A stretch of DNA of 48,521 nt, taken from the NCBI GenBank assembly GCA_029936885.1, contig JAPYRR010000005.1:1-48521 (forward strand). Direction: 5' to 3'. The notes under the pieces were generated by a model. The model did no database searches. It saw nothing but the letters and a program-made list of their open reading frames with translations, and had not been told where the DNA came from. The stretch's first letter is position 1. Each line of letters opens with the position of its first letter. Below, in pieces: positions 1 through 10,093 of this stretch. This stretch comes from Fidelibacterota bacterium (lineage in GTDB: Bacteria > Fidelibacterota > Marinisomatia > Marinisomatales > UBA1611). The translations under genes were made by a program, and so were the position numbers.

Positions 1-67
1 GAAAGGTTGGCAATGCAATCTGGGCATTTATAAAAGATAAGAAAAATAGTAGCGGGATAATTCTCAT
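1..67 (-). CDS. 5' end of a secreted protein running off the left edge of the window (partial)
   Basis: ATG at 67 opens MRIIPLLFFLSFINAQIALPTF..., a short signal peptide with an INA|Q cleavage-like site; open to the window edge; not in the ORF track. Confidence 0.6.
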   Translation of the reverse strand, partial: MRIIPLLFFLSFINAQIALPTF

Positions 68-340
68 CCCCAAATCTACACATCATCCCACAAATAAAAA
101 AACCCGCTCTAAAAAATATGTGGGATATGTTATACTCTGCATCTGCATAGGCGGTATAGAAAGAATAAATCCAGTGTTACCAAAACCTGCAGAAAAAATT
201 TAAAGACACGCTACTCCGCAGCCTGAAAACCAGCCTTGGTGTATCCGAAAAAGAAGATTACTTTTTAGTAGCAGATATGTTGCAATTATGCACTTATTTG
301 CACGCTTTTTAACAAAATGACAGGCATCTGTTTAAAACAA

Positions 341-375
341 CAAAAAAACCTCTCATCTGACGACAAAAGGCTTTG
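341..375 (-). terminator. Probable intrinsic terminator after tRNA-Ala
   Basis: Minus strand AAGCCUUUUGUC-GUCA-GAUGAGAGGUUU stem (several G-U pairs) followed by a U-run, just 3' of the tRNA. Confidence 0.55.
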
Positions 376-382
376 TAAGGAG

Positions 383-455
<73 letters not shown>

Positions 456-598
456 AATTATTTAAAAAATGAAAATTGAAAAGAAAATATTAAAAATACC
501 TTTCCAAATCCTGACAGAAAATTAAAAGTAAAAATTAAGTATTTATAGTGAAATTGTTCATTTAGTTTCATGTCACAACTTTCTTTTTTCAAATTTCA

Positions 599-2755
599 TC
601 AAAGTTTTTCGTTAAAGAAATCAATCATTTTCCTATAAAGATGTTCTCTTGATCCATCTCCATAAATACCATGATTTCGATTAGGATAAAGTAACCATTC
701 CACATCTTTCCCTGCTTTTATTGCAGCTTGAACAAAGTGGGTCGTATTTTGAGAATGAACATTATCATCACCTGTACCATGAATTATTAATAGACTTCCC
801 TCCATTCTATCAACCCAAGAAATAGTATTCGTTGAATCATATCCTGTGCTATTTTCCTGGGGAAGCCCCATGGATCGCTCCGTGTATGCTGTATCATAGA
901 GATGATAATCTGTCACGGGAGCCACAGAGACACCTGCCTTAAAATATTTCCCGTTTTTGGTCAGCATGAGACATGTGAAATACCCGCCTCCACTCCATCC
1001 CCAGGCACCGATACGTTTAGGATCTGCGAACCCTTTATCCACAAGGTAGTTTAAGCCGGCCAAGTGATCTTTAGCCAAATAATGGGCCATATCACCATAA
1101 CTCAAATTCTTAAATGCTTCTCCACGCCCACTCATACCTCGGGAATCCATGGAAAATACAATATATCCTTGTTGAGCTAAATATTGATTCCATGAGCTCC
1201 CCCAGCGATTCCAAACAATCTGAGTCCCTGGCATTCCATATCCATACATGATAACTGGATATTTTTTAGTCTCATCAAAATTGGGTGGAAAAGTAACGAT
1301 TCCATCCAGAATTTCTGTTCCGTCCGCGGTGGGGAATTGAATTATCTGCGGTGTGGTCCACTCATATTCATCGAACTGCTTACTATCTGTGTCACCAAGA
1401 ATTTTAATAATTCTGCCCGTTAGTAAATCTTTATAAACAATTTTACGTGGAACTGATAAACTAGAATACGTATCGATAAAGTAATCATTCAACCCTGAAA
1501 TTTCAATTTGATGGGATCCATCTTCAGGCGTAAGAAGTTTTATATTAGAACCATCAAAATGAATGGAATAAAACCGCGTCTCAAATACTGATTCTTTATT
1601 TGCTGTGAAATAAATAAGTTTTAATTCTTCGTCAATATATTTTATGGATTTTACTTCCCATTCTCCTTCCGTTATTTGCCATGACTTTGAACCAGAATGC
1701 TTTGCCATCCAAATATGTTTATATCCAGAATTTTCTGAGATCCAGATGATTTTTCCGTCATCCAAAAAATTGATTTGACCATGATTTTCCAGCCACCCAA
1801 CTGAATCGGATTCGGATAATATTTTCAATGATCTTCCAGTATTTCGATCAGAAATAAATAAGTCCCAATTTTTTTGTTTTCGACCCAATTTTAAAAAGGC
1901 TATTTTCTCATTGTTGACCCACTCCATCCACGGAAGATAATCATTATCTACTTGAGCATATTGAATCCATTTTCGCCCGCCACCTTTAATCCTGAGAATT
2001 CCTATTCTCATGGTTGGATTAGTTTCTCCTGCTTTCGGGTACCTAATTTTTTGGATTCTTGGATATAACCCCATTTCATCGAATAGAGTAAACTCAGGTA
2101 CTTTGGATTCATCTTCCTCCCAAAAAGCGATGGATCGACTATCCGGGGACCAGCGATAACCATCATACCCGGTCAATTCTTCTTCATAAAGCCAACCAAA
2201 ATGGCCATTCGACACTGTGGTGGATCCGGTTGTTGTCAGTTGTTTTTCTCGGTTCCTTTTAAATTCATAAAAATAAAGATTATTATCTTTTCGAACGTAA
2301 GCAACCAATTTTCCATTCGGCGAAAATTTCACATTACGAAGATTCATATTATTGTTACTGATGGGAATTAACGTTTCGGATTTTAAATCATAGGCAAAAT
2401 AGGTTCCAGAATTTGAATGACGCCAAATCTTTTCTGATTGTGTCTTAATTAAAAGTTTATCACTGGACTGACTAAAAGATATACTATTCACATTAAGTAC
2501 TTCACTTTCCCAAATAAATGCTGCACTATCCAGAAAAAGGACGGTATCTTGTTCCGGTAACGTTACTTTATACCAAGATTTCCAATTGTCTTTATTCCCC
2601 CGAATCAAAAAAGAATTTTCATTGGGTACAGGAATTTTCCAACCTAATGATGCTGATTTAAAAGGTGAGTTTAAGACTCCTTCTTCAAAACTTAACCACA
2701 CACCCATTAGAGGATTAATCATTACTATAAATAAACTGATTTTTAGAAGTTTCAC
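599..2755 (-). CDS. Dipeptidyl-peptidase IV family (S9B) serine peptidase, exported
   Basis: DPPIV-N motifs (WLYEEE, WSPDS, YPKAGETNP); catalytic GWSGGG, HGTGDDNVH, YPNRNHGI. Confidence 0.93.
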   Translation of the reverse strand: MKLLKISLFIVMINPLMGVWLSFEEGVLNSPFKSASLGWKIPVPNENSFLIRGNKDNWKSWYKVTLPEQDTVLFLDSAAFIWESEVLNVNSISFSQSSDKLLIKTQSEKIWRHSNSGTYFAYDLKSETLIPISNNNMNLRNVKFSPNGKLVAYVRKDNNLYFYEFKRNREKQLTTTGSTTVSNGHFGWLYEEELTGYDGYRWSPDSRSIAFWEEDESKVPEFTLFDEMGLYPRIQKIRYPKAGETNPTMRIGILRIKGGGRKWIQYAQVDNDYLPWMEWVNNEKIAFLKLGRKQKNWDLFISDRNTGRSLKILSESDSVGWLENHGQINFLDDGKIIWISENSGYKHIWMAKHSGSKSWQITEGEWEVKSIKYIDEELKLIYFTANKESVFETRFYSIHFDGSNIKLLTPEDGSHQIEISGLNDYFIDTYSSLSVPRKIVYKDLLTGRIIKILGDTDSKQFDEYEWTTPQIIQFPTADGTEILDGIVTFPPNFDETKKYPVIMYGYGMPGTQIVWNRWGSSWNQYLAQQGYIVFSMDSRGMSGRGEAFKNLSYGDMAHYLAKDHLAGLNYLVDKGFADPKRIGAWGWSGGGYFTCLMLTKNGKYFKAGVSVAPVTDYHLYDTAYTERSMGLPQENSTGYDSTNTISWVDRMEGSLLIIHGTGDDNVHSQNTTHFVQAAIKAGKDVEWLLYPNRNHGIYGDGSREHLYRKMIDFFNEKL

Positions 2756-2757
2756 TA

Positions 2758-3426
2758 TTAAAGTTCTCCTTTCACTCTCTCTAAGAAATTGACCATCATT
2801 TCAAAAGTTAATCTTTTTGTATTTACATTTCGCGGGCTGGGATGGAATGCTCCATATAGAATGAGTCCATTGGGGAGTTCATACCTTACACCATGGCCAA
2901 ATTTAAAATCTTTCATTTTTAACGGATGTGATTTACGAACAAATTTTAAACAAGAATCAAACCCGATCTTCCCCAATGATACTACAATTTTTAAATTTTT
3001 TAACAATTCAAATTCTTGAGCTAAAAAAGGTTCACAATTATTTTTTTCTTCAGGACTGGGTTTATCTCCAGGCGGTACACATTTTACAGCTGCAGTAATA
3101 TAACCATCAATTTCAAGTCCATCATTCCGATGATCCGAATTTGGTTGATTCGCTAACCCGACGTGGTGAAGACATTTAAACAGAAAATCAGCTGATTTAT
3201 CTCCCGTGAACACTCGACCTGTACGGTTTCCACCGTGTGCCGCAGGTGCAAGTCCTAGAATCATTAATTTCGCATTTGGGTTCCCATACCCAGGAACAGG
3301 TTTCCCCCAATAGTCCCATTCTAAATAAGATTTCCGTTTATCTTGTGCAATTTTTTCACGGAAGTCGACCAATCTTTTACATTTATAACAGCCAGTAACT
3401 TTTTTTTCTAAAACTGCAAGTGTCAT
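2758..3426 (-). CDS. Uracil-DNA glycosylase, family 5 (UdgB-type, Fe-S)
   Basis: N-terminal CxxC, GLAPAAHGGNRTGRVFTGD, KCVPP, HPSPRN. Confidence 0.92.
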   Translation of the reverse strand: MTLAVLEKKVTGCYKCKRLVDFREKIAQDKRKSYLEWDYWGKPVPGYGNPNAKLMILGLAPAAHGGNRTGRVFTGDKSADFLFKCLHHVGLANQPNSDHRNDGLEIDGYITAAVKCVPPGDKPSPEEKNNCEPFLAQEFELLKNLKIVVSLGKIGFDSCLKFVRKSHPLKMKDFKFGHGVRYELPNGLILYGAFHPSPRNVNTKRLTFEMMVNFLERVKGEL

Positions 3427-4451
3427 TCTTCATTCATGAGAAGAACTTTACCAAAATTCTTTCTATCTGATATGTATTGATGTGCTTCTGAAGCTTTTTC
3501 CATTGAAAAGACGGAATCTACCTTTGGAGAGATAATGCCCTCATCCAACCATTTTAATAAAAGAGCTCCATATCGCTTAACAAGATCATGACGTTTTTGA
3601 ATTAGACCTAAATGAAATCCAAAAACGCCTTTATTTTTCACCATCAAATTCATAGGATTGAATTTTGGCATACCAAAATATTCGGGTAAGATTTTCAAAT
3701 AATTCTTTTTAGTTCCCAAGGCAGCACTGCTAAATCCATAGGAGACCAATCTCCCAAATTCAGCTAAACATCCGTAACTATTTTTCAATGCTTTTCCGCC
3801 CAATGAATCGATAATTACATCTGCTCCTCTCCCATCTGTAATTTCAAGTACTCGTGATTTAAAATCTTCAGTCCGATAATCAATTAAATGCTCCACGCCC
3901 ATTTCACGAATATTTTCATGCTTCCAACCCGAACAGGTTCCAATTATTTTTACACCTAGATGTTGAGCAATTTGTAAAGCAGCGACTCCAACTCCACCGC
4001 CAATACCATGGATGAGAAACCATTCATTCTCTCGAATGGCTGCTTGATGCACCATCATAAAATACGCTGTAAGATAATTGACCGGAAAAGCAGCTGCCAC
4101 ATCCATCCATTTATCCTGAATAAAAAATAACTGCTCTACCGGTACATTCGCATGCGTGGAGTAACCATGAAACCGAGATAATCCCACAACTGCTTTTCCA
4201 ATGAGACTCCTATTCGAATCATCTCCGACTTTTTCAATAATTCCTGCAATCTCAAAACCGGGTACATAGGGCGGTTTAGGTGCTGTAGGATATAACCCCA
4301 TTCGTCCCATAATATCCGCAAAATTAATGCCCGTATATTTTATTTTAACACAAACTTCACCCGTTTTTGGATCTTCTAACGTATCGTTTTTAAATTGTAA
4401 TACGTTCGGAGCACCGTGCTTCGTTACAAATATTGATTGTGAATTAGTCAT
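3423..4451 (-). CDS. MDR-family NADPH:quinone oxidoreductase (VAT-1-like)
   Basis: GINFADIMGRMGLYP, PGFEIAG, HGIGGGVG, RKNFGKVLL; start taken at MTNSQ (4451), ORF track starts at 4472. Confidence 0.88.
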   Translation of the reverse strand: MTNSQSIFVTKHGAPNVLQFKNDTLEDPKTGEVCVKIKYTGINFADIMGRMGLYPTAPKPPYVPGFEIAGIIEKVGDDSNRSLIGKAVVGLSRFHGYSTHANVPVEQLFFIQDKWMDVAAAFPVNYLTAYFMMVHQAAIRENEWFLIHGIGGGVGVAALQIAQHLGVKIIGTCSGWKHENIREMGVEHLIDYRTEDFKSRVLEITDGRGADVIIDSLGGKALKNSYGCLAEFGRLVSYGFSSAALGTKKNYLKILPEYFGMPKFNPMNLMVKNKGVFGFHLGLIQKRHDLVKRYGALLLKWLDEGIISPKVDSVFSMEKASEAHQYISDRKNFGKVLLMNEE

Positions 4452-4576
4452 TTTGATCCATGGAAGATACATCAGTCTTGCTCATTGTTTCATCAATAAC
4501 CATTCTATAAATTTGCCAGCTGTTTTTCACGGTTATATATTCACATAAAATATTTACAGATTATAAAGGGTTATTT

Positions 4577-6406
4577 ATGGCTTTAATGACAACCATGCGC
4601 GAAAAGATGCATGTTGTATTGTGGGCATTGCTAGCAATGTTTCTTCTAAGTATGACGATTGGAGGAATGGTCGGTGGTGCAAATATAATTGATCAATTAA
4701 TTGGTAGGGTAAATCCTTTAACAACTATTGCTCAAATTAATGGACAAGATGTATCTCCTGATTATTTTAATCAGTTAGTAAATCGCGAGATTGAGCAAGC
4801 TCGTTCCACAGGGCAGAAGATTACCGATTTCCAATTGCAACGAGCACGAAATACGGTATGGGACAATCTCCTTCAAGATGTGTTAGTATCTCAAGAGGTT
4901 GAGCGGTTAAATATTACCGCAACAGATGATGAAGTGTTATTTCATTTAGAGAATAACCCACCTCCCTTTCTTCAACAGAATCCAAGTTTTATGACAGATG
5001 GGAAATTTGATTGGGATAAATACAGAGGCGCTCTTGCAAACCCCCAAGGAGATGAATGGGCACCCATTGAATCTTTTATGAAAAATACCTTTATTCCAAA
5101 TTATAAACTTCAACAAATGCTGGATGAAAGTATTGTTATTTCTGAAAGAGACGTAAAAAATGAATTTATAAAACGAAATGTTCAATATACTGTGTCAGGA
5201 ATTCATGTTACATCTGCAAAAGTCCCCTCAGAAGAATCTGATCCCACTGATGATGAATTATTGGCAGAATATGAAAAATCTAAATCTGATTTTACGCATG
5301 ATGGATTACGAGCATTATCCTATGTAACATGGAAAAAAGAGCCATCAAAAGAAGACTCTCTATCCGCTGAAAAATTAGCATCGGAATTATTTGACCGGGC
5401 AAAAAGTGGAGAAGATTTCGCTACATTGGCTAATGAATTTTCAGTAGATCCAGGAAATCAAGGAACGAAAGGCGGAGATTTGGGCTGGTTTGAAAAAGGG
5501 AGAATGGTTAAATCATTTGATATTGCTGCATTTTCGGCAACAAAGGGTGATATAGTCGGTCCAATTAAATCTAATTTTGGATTTCACATTATTTATGTAA
5601 AAGATAAAAAATCTGAAAATGGTAAAGAACAAGTCTTGGCATCCCATATTTTATTACAAGTAGAAATGAGTCCCACTACCCTTTCCAATTTAAAACGTGA
5701 AGCAACTTTATTTAGTTATGATGCACAGGACGATGGATTTAGTGCAGCAGTTGAATCAAATCAACTTACAGCAGAATCCCGAGATAAATTGACGGATAGA
5801 GGGTTGGCAATTCGAGGATTAGGTGGATTCAGGTCTGCCATAAGATTTGCCTACAACGGTGAAATGGGTCAATCATCTGATGTATTGGAAAATGATCAAT
5901 ATTTTGCAGTTTTTACTTTGGATGGAATCACAGCACCTGGGGTAAAACCATTCGAAGATGTTGAAGCCCAACTCAGGGGTAAATTAAAAAAAGAAAAAGT
6001 AATGGATGCAACTTTAGTTGAAGCAAATAAGGCTTTGGTTAAAATAGCAAGTAATTCCCTAAGTCTAGATCAATTAATTGAAAGCGATAGTGAATTAGAT
6101 GGTATTAAAAATGATGTTAAAACATTAAACCAAGGATTTACATCCATTGGGCGAAGTAATTACATCACAGGTGCACTCCTTGCTGCTGAACCGGGTGAAA
6201 TTCTTGGACCTTTAGAAACAGGTCGCGGGCATGCCATTATACAAGTTATGGAGATTGGTCAATTTGATTCAACGGAGTATAAAGCTCAGAAAGGCTCACT
6301 TCGAATAACAATATTCAATCGAAAACAAAATCAGTATTTCCAAGCATGGTTAGAACATTTGAAAGAAAATGCTAAAATAATTGATAACAGGAAATATTAT
6401 TTTTAA
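4577..6406 (+). CDS. ppiD: PpiD-like membrane-anchored peptidyl-prolyl isomerase/chaperone (SurA-N + parvulin)
   Basis: N-terminal TM, SurA_N-like helical region, parvulin motif FATLANEFSVDPG..GGDLGWF..MVKSF..FGFHII. Confidence 0.85.
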   Translation: MALMTTMREKMHVVLWALLAMFLLSMTIGGMVGGANIIDQLIGRVNPLTTIAQINGQDVSPDYFNQLVNREIEQARSTGQKITDFQLQRARNTVWDNLLQDVLVSQEVERLNITATDDEVLFHLENNPPPFLQQNPSFMTDGKFDWDKYRGALANPQGDEWAPIESFMKNTFIPNYKLQQMLDESIVISERDVKNEFIKRNVQYTVSGIHVTSAKVPSEESDPTDDELLAEYEKSKSDFTHDGLRALSYVTWKKEPSKEDSLSAEKLASELFDRAKSGEDFATLANEFSVDPGNQGTKGGDLGWFEKGRMVKSFDIAAFSATKGDIVGPIKSNFGFHIIYVKDKKSENGKEQVLASHILLQVEMSPTTLSNLKREATLFSYDAQDDGFSAAVESNQLTAESRDKLTDRGLAIRGLGGFRSAIRFAYNGEMGQSSDVLENDQYFAVFTLDGITAPGVKPFEDVEAQLRGKLKKEKVMDATLVEANKALVKIASNSLSLDQLIESDSELDGIKNDVKTLNQGFTSIGRSNYITGALLAAEPGEILGPLETGRGHAIIQVMEIGQFDSTEYKAQKGSLRITIFNRKQNQYFQAWLEHLKENAKIIDNRKYYF

Positions 6407-6422
6407 TATTATATCTTTTTGG

Positions 6423-6451
6423 AAAAAGGCTCGGAATTTCGAGCCTTTTTT
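6423..6451 (+). terminator. Intrinsic terminator after ppiD
   Basis: AAAAAGGCTCG-GAATTT-CGAGCCTTTTTT hairpin with T-run. Confidence 0.85.
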
Positions 6452-6522
6452 ATTTCAAGCAAAATTAAATGATTCAAAAGTAAATTCTCATATTAATCCA
6501 TGAATAGAATATCAATAATCCT

Positions 6523-7287
6523 ATGAAATTCAATACAATAAACGTCGATGTGAATAACTCAGTCGCTACGGTAACACTTAATCGTCCTCATGTACGTAAT
6601 GCCATGAATATCCTTATGATGACTGAAATGACTGATTGTTTTAATCAATTGTCAAAGCAATCTGATATTCGAATTATCATATTAAGAGGCAAGGGTAAAT
6701 CGTTTTGTGCCGGTGCAGATATTCAGCATATGAAAGACTCCGGAACGAAAAGTGAACAATATAATAAATCTGATTCTCATTTATTAGCCGATATGTATTA
6801 TGCAGTTGATCATTGTACGAAACCTATAGTTGGGATCGTACAGGGCCACGCATTTGGGGGTGGGTTTGGACTATGCAATGTATGCGATATTACAATTGCG
6901 GATGAAAATACGATTTTCGCTTTGAGTGAAGTCCTAATAGGAATCATTCCAGCTGTTATTGGCCCTTACACTGTGAAAAAAATAGGGTTGTCAGCTTTTA
7001 GGGCTCTTGGAATTTCGGGGGAACGATTTGATGGAAAATATGCAGAAATAATTGGACTCGTCCAATATGCAGTGCCATTGAATGAAATCGAAGATTTATT
7101 AGAATCCGTCATTTCGCAATTAAAAAAAGGTAGCCCAAATGCCCAATCAAAATTCAAAGATTATATCAAAAACATGGATTCATTAGATGCGACTGATGTT
7201 ATTTCAGAATTACGTGCCAGCGAAGAAGGACAGGAAGGGTTAGCTGCCTTTATTGAGAAAAGAAAACCAAATTGGCTGAATGATTAA
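6523..7287 (+). CDS. liuC: Enoyl-CoA hydratase, probably methylglutaconyl-CoA hydratase
   Basis: Crotonase motifs FCAGAD, AFGGGFGL, SEVLIGIIPAVI; cotranscribed with HMG-CoA lyase and MCC beta. Confidence 0.8.
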   Translation: MKFNTINVDVNNSVATVTLNRPHVRNAMNILMMTEMTDCFNQLSKQSDIRIIILRGKGKSFCAGADIQHMKDSGTKSEQYNKSDSHLLADMYYAVDHCTKPIVGIVQGHAFGGGFGLCNVCDITIADENTIFALSEVLIGIIPAVIGPYTVKKIGLSAFRALGISGERFDGKYAEIIGLVQYAVPLNEIEDLLESVISQLKKGSPNAQSKFKDYIKNMDSLDATDVISELRASEEGQEGLAAFIEKRKPNWLND

Positions 7288-8176
7288 AACACAATCTAAT
7301 CCTAATTTTGTAAAAATTATTGAAGTTGGGCCAAGGGATGGATTACAAAGCCAATCCCAGATCATTTCTTCTGAAGATAAAATCACATATATCGATTTAT
7401 TGTCTGATTCGGGTTTACAAGAAATTGAAGTAACCAGTTTTGTATCTCCAAAATGGATTCCACAACTTGCAGATGCCCAAATGGTCTCTAAATCGATTCA
7501 AAAGAATCCGCGAATTACTTATACGGCCCTTGTTCCAAATATTATAGGACTTGAAAATGCCGTGAATAGCAATTATAAATCTGTTGCGATTTTCACATCC
7601 GTTAGCGAAACTTTTTCAAAAAAAAATATTAATTGCACCATTCGAGATAGCATTCAAAAATTTCATACCATGAAACCGTTTTGGGAAAGTAACCATTTAC
7701 GTGTTCGAGGATATATATCTACTGTATGGCATTGTCCTTATGAAGGTTCAATTAATATTGAATCCGTAATGAATTTAATTGCAAAACTATTAGATCTCGG
7801 CATTAAGGAAATTTCGTTGGGAGACACAATTGGAAAGGCAAATCCTAGTGAAGTATGTCGATTATTGGATCAAATTTTAATCAAATGGGATTCAAGCTTT
7901 TTTGCTCTCCATATGCACGATACATTTGGGTTAGCTGAAAATAATATTAAAGTTGCTATGGAATATGGGATCAATACATTTGATAGTTCTGCCGGTGGAA
8001 TTGGTGGGTGCCCTTATGCTGAAGGTTCTTCCGGAAATATATCAACGGAAAAAGTTTTTACTCTCTGTGATTCTATGGGTATTAAAACAGGAATTCAAAA
8101 AGATAAGCTAGATGAGGCAACTCAATTTATCCAAACAATTTTAAAAAAGGAGTCTTTTACTCATGCCCAAGATTGA
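7280..8176 (+). CDS. liuE: Hydroxymethylglutaryl-CoA lyase
   Basis: [35 protein letters not shown]. Confidence 0.92.
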   Translation: MIKTQSNPNFVKIIEVGPRDGLQSQSQIISSEDKITYIDLLSDSGLQEIEVTSFVSPKWIPQLADAQMVSKSIQKNPRITYTALVPNIIGLENAVNSNYKSVAIFTSVSETFSKKNINCTIRDSIQKFHTMKPFWESNHLRVRGYISTVWHCPYEGSINIESVMNLIAKLLDLGIKEISLGDTIGKANPSEVCRLLDQILIKWDSSFFALHMHDTFGLAENNIKVAMEYGINTFDSSAGGIGGCPYAEGSSGNISTEKVFTLCDSMGIKTGIQKDKLDEATQFIQTILKKESFTHAQD

Positions 8177-9761
8177 AACAAAAATCGATCCAACGTCTGA
8201 AAAATTTCAATTAAACTATTCTCATCAAAAAATACTGTCTGACGAATTGAATACAGTGTTGGAAAAAATCAGAGAAATGGGGCCTCCTCTTCGCGTTGAG
8301 AAACACCAAAAACGTGGAAAGTTGACTGCGAGAGAAAGGATTTCTAAACTAAAAGATCCAGATGTTAATTTCCTTGAATTTTCTGAATTAGCAGCTTACA
8401 ATGTTTATGATGATGCTGTTCCTGCTGCCGGAATTATTACAGGGATTATTTCAATTCATGGACATTCGTGTGTTGTTGTAGCCAATGATGCAACCGTTAA
8501 AGGTGGTACATATTATCCACTGACAGTAAAAAAACATCTAAGAGCCCAAGAAATCGCTTTCGAAAACCGACTTCCCTGTATTTACCTCGTAGATAGCGGT
8601 GGAGCATTCTTGCCAAAACAGGATGAAGTTTTCCCGGATAGAGATCATTTCGGGCGAATATTTTATAATCAAGCAAGAATGAGCGCAGATGGAATCCCAC
8701 AAATCTCAGCTGTTATGGGATCCTGTACAGCTGGAGGTGCCTATGTCCCTGCTATGAGTGACGAAGCAATAATAGTTAATAAAACAGGGACAATCTTTCT
8801 AGCGGGCCCTCCTTTGGTTAAAGCAGCCATTGGAGAAACAGCCACTGCTGAAGAATTAGGAGGCGCACGACTTCATACCCGTTTCAGTGGTGTTGCAGAT
8901 CATTTTGCCGAAAATGATGAGGAAGCTATTAATATGATTCGTGGTATTATAAATCATTTTCCCGACCAAGCCCCAAAGGATCTTGATTATAATGAACCCG
9001 TTTATGATGCCGATGAATTGTTTGGTATCTTAACCAAAAGTCACAGAACACCTTTTGATGTCCATGAAGTGATAGCTCGTATTGTTGATGATTCAAATTT
9101 TGAAGAATTCAAGGCTGATTATGGAAAAACTCTTGTGACTGGGTTTAGCAAGATTGGTGGAGAGTCCATCGGTATTGTAGCAAATAATGGAATCCTGTTT
9201 AGTGAAACGGCCTTAAAAGGAGCTCACTTTGTTGAGATATGTTGTCAACGAAAGATTCCTCTTCTTTTTCTCCAAAACATCACTGGGTTTATGGTTGGCA
9301 AAAAAGCTGAATCCGGCGGCATAGCAAAAAATGGTGCTAAAATGGTTCAGGCGGTGGCTACAGCGAATGTTCCAAAATTAACAGTAGTAATTGGAGGGAG
9401 TTTTGGCGCTGGGAATTATGCCATGAGTGGTCGTGCTTATCAACCGAGATTTATGTGGATGTGGCCAAATTCAAGGATCTCCGTTATGGGTGGCGATCAA
9501 GCTGCTAATGTATTGGCGACGGTAAAAAGTGATCAACTCAAATCTACGGGTAAAGAATTATCGGCAGAGGAAATTGAAGCATTAAGGAAACCTATACTTG
9601 ATAAATATGAAAAAGAAGGCCATCCCTATTACGCAAGTGCCCGACTATGGGACGATGGTGTCATCAAACCTACCGACACTAGACGAATCCTAATGCAAGC
9701 GTTAAAAGCAATCAAAAATAATCCATCGCCAGATCCTAAATTTCCCGTTTTCCGGATGTAG
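8163..9761 (+). CDS. liuB: 3-methylcrotonyl-CoA carboxylase beta (carboxyltransferase) subunit
   Basis: [44 protein letters not shown]-terminal VFRM. Confidence 0.93.
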   Translation: MPKIETKIDPTSEKFQLNYSHQKILSDELNTVLEKIREMGPPLRVEKHQKRGKLTARERISKLKDPDVNFLEFSELAAYNVYDDAVPAAGIITGIISIHGHSCVVVANDATVKGGTYYPLTVKKHLRAQEIAFENRLPCIYLVDSGGAFLPKQDEVFPDRDHFGRIFYNQARMSADGIPQISAVMGSCTAGGAYVPAMSDEAIIVNKTGTIFLAGPPLVKAAIGETATAEELGGARLHTRFSGVADHFAENDEEAINMIRGIINHFPDQAPKDLDYNEPVYDADELFGILTKSHRTPFDVHEVIARIVDDSNFEEFKADYGKTLVTGFSKIGGESIGIVANNGILFSETALKGAHFVEICCQRKIPLLFLQNITGFMVGKKAESGGIAKNGAKMVQAVATANVPKLTVVIGGSFGAGNYAMSGRAYQPRFMWMWPNSRISVMGGDQAANVLATVKSDQLKSTGKELSAEEIEALRKPILDKYEKEGHPYYASARLWDDGVIKPTDTRRILMQALKAIKNNPSPDPKFPVFRM

Positions 9762-9763
9762 TA

Positions 9764-9792
9764 TGTCATACCGGCCGGAGAGCTGGTATCCA
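9764..9792 (+). repeat. REP-like palindromic repeat, left of GIY-YIG gene
   Basis: TGTCATACCGGCCGGAGAGCTGGTATCCA; ATACCGGC/GCTGGTAT hairpin with GTCAT head and ATCCA tail. Confidence 0.7.
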
Positions 9793-9856
9793 TTTGATTC
9801 TGAGTTCAATTATCTAGAATAATTACTTTTTTACATAATAGAATAATACAGATGAA

Positions 9857-10078
9857 ATGACCTATTACGTCTACATTCTCACAGACAAACGAAACGGAAC
9901 CCTTTATATCGGAGCTACAAATAATCTTGAGCAACGCATGTTCGATCATAAAAATGGAACGGGAAGCATTTTTACTAAAAAATACAAAGTAACTAATCTT
10001 ATGTATTATGAAGAAACAGATGATATTGGCGCAGCCATTCACCGGGAGAAACAACTCAAAAAATGGATGCTGAATTAA
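9857..10078 (+). pseudogene. Small GIY-YIG nuclease (YhbQ/UPF0213-like), C-terminally truncated
   Basis: YYVYIL..NGTLYIGATNNL..R..H, FTKKY, AIHREKQLKKW, then runs into a repeat and stops (MLN*); the usual WK..LIE..NP.W.DL tail is missing. Confidence 0.8.
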
Positions 10079-10089
10079 GTCCGGTATGA
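10064..10089 (-). repeat. REP-like palindromic repeat, right of GIY-YIG gene (inverted)
   Basis: Reverse complement TCATACCGGACTTAATTCAGCATCCA shares the TCATACCGG head and ATCCA tail with the left copy. Confidence 0.65.
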
Positions 10090-10093
10090 AATA

